Origin: Blastocladiella emersonii ATCC 22665
Lineage: Eukaryota; Fungi; Blastocladiomycota
Assembly (NCBI GenBank): GCA_025594325.1
Contig: JANHCV010000001.1
Location: forward strand, 372,001 to 436,000
Reading direction: 5' to 3'
Length of the DNA stretch: 64,000 nt
Shown: positions 46,941-55,800 of the stretch, in pieces
How the letters are laid out: every line of letters starts with the position of its first letter
How positions within the stretch are numbered: position 1 is the first letter of the stretch
Notes under the pieces: model-generated
Told to the model about the DNA's origin: nothing
The model's database searches: none
Seen by the model: the letters and a program-made list of their open reading frames with translations, nothing else
Position numbers and translations under genes: made by a program

Positions 46941-48890
46941 TCACGAGGAGGAGGACGAGGAGGAAGCCGGGACCTCGTTCAGGAAGAAGGCGCTCTCGCA
47001 CACGTCGTCCATGGTGAAGCGCGTGAACTGGTTGCGGTCGAGCATGCGGCGCAGCAGGGCGTGCATGCCCGAGGCCTTGAACACGCCCGAGTCGAGCGCC
47101 TGCAGCGGCACCTTGCCGAACACGACGACCTGCGCCATGGCCGCCATGTCTTTGCCCCAGAACGGCATGCGGCCGGTCGCCATGACGAACAGCGTGACGC
47201 CGAGCGCCCACACGTCGACGGGCGCGCCGTACGACTGCCCCGCGAACATCTCGGGCGCAGAGTACAGCGGCGTCCCCGCCGAGTGCGTCAGCGGCGGCAC
47301 CACGCCCGCGGCCGTCGCGCACGGGTACAGCAGCTGCACGCCGGCCAGCGTCACGTGGAACCGCACCGTCTCGGCGTACATGCTGCTGTTGTCGGTTCCC
47401 TCGTCGATGCGCTTGAGCCAGATGTGCTCGGGCTTGATATCGCGGTGCACGACGCCGATCGCGTGCAGGTGGCGGGCCGCGAGCGCGACCTGGCGGAACA
47501 CGTCGCGCGCCACGCCCAGCGGCAGCTTGCCGAACGGGTGCTCGCGCAGGTACTGCGCCAGCGACACGCCGTCGGCGAGCGCGCGGATCACGAACACGCA
47601 CAGCTTCCCGCCGGGCGTCGTCGTCTCGCGCGGACCCACCTCGAACTGCACCAGGTGCGCGTGCGGGTGCTGGTACACGCGCCGGATCGCGTTCACGCGC
47701 GACGTGGATGTCGGGTACCCGGGCGCGCGCGGCGTCGATGCGGTCTCAGCGGTCGAGGAAGGGGCGCCGACCATGCTCGTCCCCTTGTCGAGCGGAAACG
47801 ACACGAGCGTCACGGCCGCGTGCGGCGCGGCCCGGTGCAGCGTCGTCAGCGTCACGCCGTCCGCGTGCACCGGCTTCTCGGCGCGCACCGTCGTCGCGTG
47901 GATGTGCGCAATCTTCTGCTGCTGCTCCACGTCCGTGTCGACGCGCGGGGCAGCGGGCGCCGAAGGCGGCGGAGGAGCGTGGTGGTCGACGAGCTTGGGC
48001 GGGTCGGGCTTGCGAGACATGGGCTGCGGGTCCGTGGGCGTCGGGTCGATGGACATCTTGGACTCGTCGTCGTCGGCGGCGGTGGCGGAGAGCTTGGCCT
48101 GCTGCGGCGGCTGCGCGATGGGCGCGGACGAGGAAGACGGCGGCGGCTGGATCGGCGCCGACGAGTACTGGTGCGCGGGGACGCGGGGCGGGGCCGACGG
48201 CGGCATCACGGGCAGCGGCGGAAGGGGCGCGAGGGGCGCGAGCGGCTTGAAGTTGGGCGTCGGGCCGCCGAACCGGGTCGACGACGAGCCCGAAGAGAAC
48301 GCGCCGGCCGAGCGGGCCGCGGCGGGGTTGGCCATGAGCGGGTTCGAGCTCGAGGAAGCGACCGAGCGGGCCGCCGCCGGGTTGCCCATGAGCGGGTTCG
48401 AGCTCGACGAGGTAGCCGAGCTCGGGATCATGTGCACCATAGCCACCGCGGGCACGCCGTAGCGCGGCATCGGGTCGTGCGCGGGCGGGTACGCGAGCGC
48501 CGCCGGGTAGTTGGACGAGGCAAAGTTGGGCGTGGCCTGGATCGCGGCGAGGGTCGCGGGCAGACCGTCAACGTGGCGCGCGCGCTTCGCGGCAGCCGCG
48601 GCCAAGCTGGGGTTGTCGTCGTCGGACTCGGGAACAGACGAGGCCCGCTTCTGGCAGCGCACGGGCGGCGCGCCCGCGGCGGCGGTGGGCCGGGTCGCCG
48701 TCATGGCCGCCGGGCTCGACTCGAATTCCGAGGTGGAAGAGGGTGGGTGTGCGGATGAAGAGTCGGAGCCCGGCGCCGTGGTCACATTGCGTCCAGTGTC
48801 CGTGGTGTGCGAGGACATGCTGGTTGTGGAGGTGGGACTGCAGGAGCGTGCGGACTTGCGGATCGGGGCGAGGGCGGGAGAGGCGGCCAT
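46941..48890 (-). CDS. CAMK-like protein kinase homologue, probable pseudokinase, with long low-complexity N-terminus
   Basis: VVHRDIKPEH, GTPLYSAPEM, VDVWALGVTLFVMATGRMPF and RMLDRNQFTRFT are present. DFG reads LAG, and no GxGxxG or VAIK is visible. Confidence 0.85.
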   Translation of the reverse strand: MAASPALAPIRKSARSCSPTSTTSMSSHTTDTGRNVTTAPGSDSSSAHPPSSTSEFESSPAAMTATRPTAAAGAPPVRCQKRASSVPESDDDNPSLAAAAAKRARHVDGLPATLAAIQATPNFASSNYPAALAYPPAHDPMPRYGVPAVAMVHMIPSSATSSSSNPLMGNPAAARSVASSSSNPLMANPAAARSAGAFSSGSSSTRFGGPTPNFKPLAPLAPLPPLPVMPPSAPPRVPAHQYSSAPIQPPPSSSSAPIAQPPQQAKLSATAADDDESKMSIDPTPTDPQPMSRKPDPPKLVDHHAPPPPSAPAAPRVDTDVEQQQKIAHIHATTVRAEKPVHADGVTLTTLHRAAPHAAVTLVSFPLDKGTSMVGAPSSTAETASTPRAPGYPTSTSRVNAIRRVYQHPHAHLVQFEVGPRETTTPGGKLCVFVIRALADGVSLAQYLREHPFGKLPLGVARDVFRQVALAARHLHAIGVVHRDIKPEHIWLKRIDEGTDNSSMYAETVRFHVTLAGVQLLYPCATAAGVVPPLTHSAGTPLYSAPEMFAGQSYGAPVDVWALGVTLFVMATGRMPFWGKDMAAMAQVVVFGKVPLQALDSGVFKASGMHALLRRMLDRNQFTRFTMDDVCESAFFLNEVPASSSSSSS

Positions 48891-49522
48891 ACTTGAGGCT
48901 GGGGGTGGACAGAGAACAGTAAAGCGAGCCGGCTTGCGTTGAGGTGGCACTCGCGTAGGGGGTCACGCCCTTTTCAAGGAGTCGCGCTTCGCTCACTCAC
49001 TCGCTCACTTACTGTTTGGAAGCCTTCGACCGTGGGAGCTGTGCTGACTATCGCCTGCCAGTTTCTGTCCGCTACGGTGCCCGCTGCGTGTTTGCGGTGG
49101 AAGCGCTCTCGCGCCAGCAGTGGCCGCAAACTCCCACGTTGCGCAGCACCGCATAATCGCGCCGACGACAGTATAGAGGGTCATCAGGTGAGCGTCGCAT
49201 CGTTTGCGGTAGACAGAGGTCACGCGAGATCGCGCGCAAGCGGAGATCACTGTGGCCATCACCTGCGGTACTGTTCTATCCCTCACGGTGTTCCGGGACG
49301 ACGATTTCGTTGTTCCAGGTAACCTGTTGACAAGATACTGTCGCCGTTGTATTGCTAGGTATCGCTAGACCATGACAATCTGTCCGCATGGTGACCGTCA
49401 CAGTTGACCCTTGACCAGCTACTGTTGCACGAGAACAGTCCAGCAATGACGAGGCTCACGAGATGACGAGGAGTGCCTGTCATCAGTGACGAAGTCGAAT
49501 CAATGTAGCGTCATTGCGGCTA

Positions 49523-49560
49523 GATGACTCTCCGCAGAGAGGGATGACTCTCCGCAGAGA
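49523..49560 (+). repeat. direct repeat GATGACTCTCCGCAGAGA x2, each copy containing ATGACTC
   Basis: Two identical 18-mers, 20 bp apart. Confidence 0.85.
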
Positions 49561-50036
49561 CCTCAAACCGAGTCATCACGAATACGCTGACCGCGCAACA
49601 AGCTCGCGTAACATCTTCCTCTCAACCTCTTGGACTGATCCCTGATCACCCTTCGAGTTGGGACTTTTCTCCTCACGCGAGACGCGTCGAAATATCATGT
49701 GATTGATAGCGACGCGTGCGACGCTTCCGCTCTTGGACCTTCCCAAACAGGCGGTGGCGCCGAGGCTGTGCACCGCACGCACCGCACCGCACACGCGTCT
49801 CGACGCGAGCCGCGACGTGAGCGCCAGAGCAGGGATTTCGAGCGCGCGTCGTGCATGAGGCATCGCGTTCCGTTACGGCGAGGTCCATCCAGTTTGCAAT
49901 CAAATCATCGAGCGTTTTGCGACGATCGTTCGAATCTGTGACTGATTATATTACAGATACCACGATGGACAACCGCGTGTTTCATGGCCCGCGTCAACAG
50001 CGTATCGACAGCGCCCACCCAGCAAGCCCGCTTGTG

Positions 50037-50678
50037 TCAGACTCGGGATCGCGGGTCCAAGAGCATGCTTTCAACTGTCCGAAAGATCAAGGTCCAAAGG
50101 TCGCCCGCAATGAAGAGGAGATAGCGCTCCGACGGGAACAGCTGGCGGCAAAAGGGGACCAGGTAGCACATCGGCGGATTGGTCTCGCCGGACTTGCAAG
50201 CAGCAAAATACGAGGTCCAGAATTCATCGAGGTTTTTTGACTCACAGAAGAGGCCAACGGCGTGCATGATGACAAGCTCGGCGACAGCGGACCGAGCTTC
50301 ACTTGGAGCATCGCGGAGTGCGCGGAACGATTGGATTATCTCGGGAACTGTTGACTCTGTGGCAAAGAATCGGGGGCTGAAGACGCGATCAATCGCGCCG
50401 TTGCGCAGAAGAAGGGCAACAACGTCCGCCCGCGTCTGGCCTCGCTCCGCGAACTGGCTTTGGCGCTCGCGGACGAGGTTGCGCGGCTTCGGTTTAAAAG
50501 AGACCTTGGGGCGTTTTGCTGGGCGAAAGAGCAAAGTGCGAGGGGTCGTGAGCGGGCGCCGTGAAGGTCCCGCGCGGACAACCGCGCTAGGTCCAATTGG
50601 CGCGGCGGATGTGCTCGACGAGCCGGATGCCGGGCTCTCGGAGTGCTCGGTGGGCTCAGCAGTGTTCATTCGATTCAT
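50037..50678 (-). CDS. hypothetical protein (about 210 aa)
   Basis: ATG at 50678/50669 inside ORF 50037..50762. Low-complexity N-terminus, basic cluster (RPAKRPK), then a globular-looking region. May continue via an unrecognised intron. Confidence 0.45.
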   Translation of the reverse strand: MNRMNTAEPTEHSESPASGSSSTSAAPIGPSAVVRAGPSRRPLTTPRTLLFRPAKRPKVSFKPKPRNLVRERQSQFAERGQTRADVVALLLRNGAIDRVFSPRFFATESTVPEIIQSFRALRDAPSEARSAVAELVIMHAVGLFCESKNLDEFWTSYFAACKSGETNPPMCYLVPFCRQLFPSERYLLFIAGDLWTLIFRTVESMLLDPRSRV

Positions 50679-50924
50679 TGCAGTGAGTTTGAGGTCCCAA
50701 ATAAGCGGAGGGGCTGCAAAGAGTGACTTGCGGGGAGCGGAAGTTCGCCGACTCGACCGCACCGCTGGCCGCCGCTCTGCCGGCCGTGTTTCAGATCGCG
50801 TTGCTCATCTCGGCGCGGTTCACCGACGGCTTGTGCGCCCCACCTTGCCGTTGAAGATTGAGCAACTTCGTAGCATTGAATTTACAACAAGGGTCCTGCA
50901 TTTGGCTCAGGAACACTCATCGCG

Positions 50925-52519
50925 CTACTTCGTCTGCGTCGGGAGATACAGCAACTCGCCTTCATCGCGATCGTGCACCACGCGAACCCCACCCGGCAGG
51001 TTGACCTCGTTCGCGCCCTGGTTTATACCCGGCGTCGTCGGCGTTCTGGGCCCGAGCGTGCTCCCATCCATGGACGGCCACGTCGGGACGCTGCGGCTCG
51101 TCGCGCGGTGGTCCTCGATGAGCGTGTGCAGTAGCAGGTCGCGCTGCGCGCGGTCCTGGCGGTGGTCCTTGGCGCGGCGGCGGAACAGGACGATGCCCGC
51201 GACGAGACCCGCGAGCACGATGACGCCGCCCACACTAGCGCCAATGATGGTGGCCACGGGCGCGGGGTTGCCTGTCGCAGTCGGAACGGGCGACGGCGAC
51301 GTGGCGTTGCCCTCGGGCGGCTTGTACGACGGCGTGTAGCTGGACACCCACGCGAACTTGAGCTCGTCGCCGTTGGGTGTGATCTTGAGGGCGCTCATGA
51401 AGTGCACGGGCGATCCGCCGAGGATGAATAGGTGCGAGTCGTGGACGACGAGCGAGTTCGCGGCGAGCGATCCGAATGCCGCAGGCAGCGGGGGATCAAT
51501 GGTTGCGGTCACGGGCGGCGTGCCCTTATCCAGAGCCACGTATTCGAGTACCGGGGCCGCGTAGCCGAATACGAGCAGGTACCGTGTGCTATCGGGCGAC
51601 GTGTACACGGCCGACTGGAAATCGTCGCGCTTGACCGTAAAGGAAGACGAGTACCGCGACCAAGTGCGGGGCAGGATGCTGAACAGCCAGATGTCGGCGA
51701 GCTGCTTGTTGGTGCCGTCATTCCCGCCGACCAGAACGAGCCGGTTCGCGTCAAACCGGGTCAGGCTCGCCCACCCGCGCGCCTGCGGACGGTCTCCCGA
51801 CGACGGCTGGATCTCGGTAAGGCCCGCCTACGGATGTCAAGTCAGGTCAGCGACGAAACGAGTCTGCACCATTGAGGAAGACGTCGGTCAACCTTATCAA
51901 ACCGCCAAAGACCGGACGTGACGTCCGACCAGTTGCCGAACACGTACGCCGCCGGGTCCGACGCGAGCCCGCCCGCCGCTTCCAGCGGCGTGCTGGTCGC
52001 AGCCCACCCCGGATTGATCACCCGCAGCGACGTGTTGGCCGTGATCGGCTGCGTCACGTTCTCGACCCCCGTCGCGCGCAGGAGGTCGGGCACGCGGTAG
52101 TGCTTGAACGGCGCCGTCTCGGGACTCAGCCCGCCAAACAGATGCACCTCGTACCCGCCCGAGGAGCCCGTGAATGTGAACGACGGCATGTAGCTGTCGG
52201 CGGCCGGCAGCCGGAAGGGCGCGGGCGCGACGGCGGGCGACATGGGGTCGGACAGGTTGGCGATCGGCGAACCCAGGTCGATGACGGCCACGTCCGCGAG
52301 GTCGACGGGCCGGCCCGACGGAAGCTGCCGCCCGCCGAACACGTAGATCTTGCGCTCGCGCGGGAGGTACAGAGTCGTCGGGTGGACGAAGGCCGGCGAG
52401 CGCTCGGCCGCCGTGATGCGCACGTTGTCCGGCCACGCGGCGCGCACGGCGAGCGCGAAGACGAGCGCCTGGAGCGCAAGAAGTGTGAGCTGATGCAAGG
52501 CAAGGCGGAGTCGTTTCAT
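50925..52519 (-). CDS. type I membrane protein with kelch/galactose-oxidase-like beta-propeller, exons 52519-51893 and 51827-50925
   Basis: Signal peptide; kelch-like IYVFGG, VHLFGG, LVLVGGNDG..LADIW and LFILGG; TM helix IIGASVGGVIVLAGLVAGIVLF followed by RRR. Phase-0 intron 51892-51828 (donor AAG|GTTGAC is non-consensus). Confidence 0.75.
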
Positions 52520-52862
52520 TGCAAGTGTGCTAGTTTGTCGATCCACTATCACGAGTACGAGGACGAGAGAGGAAACGCACGGCAAGGTTCGCTCGTCGCC
52601 GCCGAGGCTGGCGATCCTCCTGTTCCTCCATCCTCCCTGCACCGAGCAACCTTGCTCGCACCGCGCGGACCGCGTCAAAACGAAGATTCATGCACCGCAC
52701 GAGCGCACCAAGGTCGGAAGGTGTCGCCGCGTCGCCCGTCAACGCGTCGCCAGCAGAAACGGCGGCGGCGCCATCAGTCCTAGGATCAGCCATAGGTTTG
52801 AATATACCTCGTAGCCCTCAAATAAAAATAAAACTAGACCCTCTCCTCGTCCTCCATCCTAC

Positions 52863-55800
52863 TTACGACCCGCCTGGCTGCGGTCCCTGCTGCTGCCCCT
52901 TGGTCGGCGACGCGGACGCGCCGCGGCTCGGCATCGGGAACGCGGGCGCGGCGGCCGACGACGCGTGTGGCCGCTGCTGCGGCGACCGGCTGGACCGTGC
53001 TGCTGGAGCCACGGCGGGCCGCGGCGGGAGCGGGACCTGGCCGGGTACGGGCGCCGCGCCGGCGGCGGCGTGCTGTCGGTACTGTCCGTCGAGGTGCGCC
53101 TTGGACACGGGCGCGCGGCCGGGATCCGGCACTGGCGCCGCGGTCACGCTCGGTGCACCACCAGCAACACCCGGCGCCGCCGCCGCGCCGCTGGACGTCG
53201 CAGCCGAAGCCGCCGCGGCCGCGGTCGCCGCCTCGAACGTGGCCGACAGCCGGTGCGCCGTCTGGTACATGTGGTACGATGACGGCAAGCCGCCCATGGC
53301 CGCGGGCGGCGGCGGCGGGAGCACCGGGTTACTACCGGCCCTTGGCACCGTCGCCGTAGGCGCAGGTGCAGGCTGGCTCTGCTTCCGCGCGCGCTTGGCG
53401 GGCGACGGGTTGTCCTCGACCTTGCCCTCGCCGGCGGAGACCCGCTTGACGGGCGACGCGCCCTGGGGCGGCAGCATCGGAGGCGGCGGCGAGACGGCGC
53501 TCGACCGGCGCTCGGCCGCCGACACGGGCGATCGCGCGGACGGCGGCGGGATCACGGGCGGCGGGACCACGGGCGGCGGGACCACGGGCGGCGGGATCAC
53601 GGGCGGCGGGCTTTTGGTCGCGCCGCGCGGGACGGGGGCGGCCGGCGCCGTGATGTCGCCGCGGAGCACGCGCTCGAGCGACGACTTAGACGGAGGCGCA
53701 ACAGCACCAGCAGCACCACCACCGCTGGGCCGGCTCGGCAGGGGGACCGGGCTGGTCGACGACGTGCCAGCTGGCGCGGGCGTGGCCGAAGACGCCGAGA
53801 CCGTATCCTGCGGGCTGCGCGAGGCCTGCTGCTGCTGCTGGCCGGGGACCGGCGCCGACGCGCCGACGGGCGACCGCGGCTGCTGCTGGGCGGCGAGCGG
53901 AGGCCCGTGCATCGGCGGCAGCGGGCGCATGTCGTACGCGGAGGGCCCGTACGGGTACCCGGGCGGCGGGGGCGGGTAGTGCCCGGGCGGCGGGGGCGGG
54001 GGCGGCGGGTAGTGCGACGCGTAGTGGTGCTGGTGGTAGTCGTAGTGCGCGGCCATCATGTCGTGCGGCGGGGGCGGGGGAGGCGGCGGGAGGTGCGAGG
54101 GCGGAGGCGGCGGCGGCGGGTACCCCATCGCGTGGTGGTGCGGGTGGTGCGGGTGGTGGTATGCGTCGGGCGGCGGGCCGGGCATGTAGTACGGGTACCC
54201 GGGCGGCGGCGGCGGCGGGAGCGGCAGCGGGAGCGGCGGGTACTGGTACCCGGACGGCGGCATGACCACGATGCTGCCCATGTCGGGCGGCGTCATGCGG
54301 CCGCCGTTGTACCCGGACACGTGGTGCGGCGGGTGCTGCTGCTGCGACGCGTGCGAGTCCACGTCCATCTGGTCGTTGGCGCCCGCCGCGGCGGCCGCGG
54401 CAGCCTCGCCCTCGGGCCCCGCGGGCCCGCCGCCGAGCGCGGCGAGCCGGTCGACGTCGGGCGGGAGCGAGTGCTCGCGCTGGGTGCGGTAGTCGGTGAG
54501 GCCGAGGGCGATGCACTGGAGGTTAAAGAGGTCGGAACGCTCGCTGTGGTACTGGCGGAGGCGCTCGATCTCGGCGAGGTACCCCTTCTTGATGTTGACG
54601 TCGAGGTCGCACCACTGCTTGGCGAGGTAGGTGCGCACCGCGTGGTGGTCGCCCTTGATGACGCGCTTGGTCGCGTCCCAGTGCACCTTGAGGAACAGGA
54701 GGAACGGGTTCTTGATGGTCGGTTTCGGCGGCACGGGCATGAGCCGGTCGGGCAGCGCCTTGAGCGACCCGCGCTCGTTGGGCGTCAGGTACTGGTTGCG
54801 GTCCTTTTCGGGGATGTGCGATACGAGGTGCAGGTGGAACGCCGCGGGCGTGGCCGTGATCACGTCGCACGTCAGCAGCGTGCACGGCAGCAGCACCTCG
54901 TCGCCCGGCCCGTACGGCCACCCGGCGCCCGGCGCGAGGTACCACGTGTGGCCCGCGAGCTCGGCACGGAGCGCCGCGCGCCGCTGCCGCCGCCGGATCG
55001 GCCGGCTCTTCTTGCCGCCGGGGCTCGACGCGTTGGCGGACCCGTTCCCGTCGGTCGCCGCCGTCGTCAACGTCATGGGCGAGCTGGGCGCCGTCAACGG
55101 CGGCTCGCCGGCGAGCAGCTGCAGGTTCGGCGTGAGCATCGCCGACACGCTCGGCGTGCTGCCGGCCGTGTCCCCACCACCGCCGCCGTCGTCCGTCTCG
55201 TCGCCGGCCGACGAGTTGTCAAAGATGTCGGGCGTCGACACGCGCGAGAGCGGGGACGCGGCGCGGCGCACGGCGGCGGGCGGGGGCATCTCGGGCATAG
55301 CCGGTATGTCGACGGGCGTATCCGCGCGCGACACGGCCCGCGAGGCCGGACGCGAAGCCGGGCGCGAGGATGGGCGGGAAGATGGACGCGACGACGCAGG
55401 CGTCGCGGCGGCGGCCGGTGCAGGATCGGCGGAGTGCGGTCCGACCGTGACGGCAGCAACCGGCGCGGCAGCAGCCGGCCCGCGTTTGCGCTTTTGCGGG
55501 ACCGACGCGGGCGTCGCCTCCTTGGCCGGGGCAGCCGGAGCCGCAGCCGCAGCCGCGGCGGCAGCAGCAGCAGCGGCAGCAGCAGCCTCGGCCTTGCGGA
55601 CGGCGGCGGCGGTCGGTTTGCGAGAGCCGCTGCGGTTCGACTTGGTGGGCGCCGGCTTTTCAGCGGGTGCGGGCTTCTCGGCCTTGTTGGCGGGGGCCGC
55701 GGGAGCGGGAGCAGCAGCAGCAGCCGCCGCAGCAGCAGCCGTGGCCGCCCGCGTCGCCGGCTTGGCGGTCGCCGAACTCGCGGCAGCCGCGGTCGCGCCG

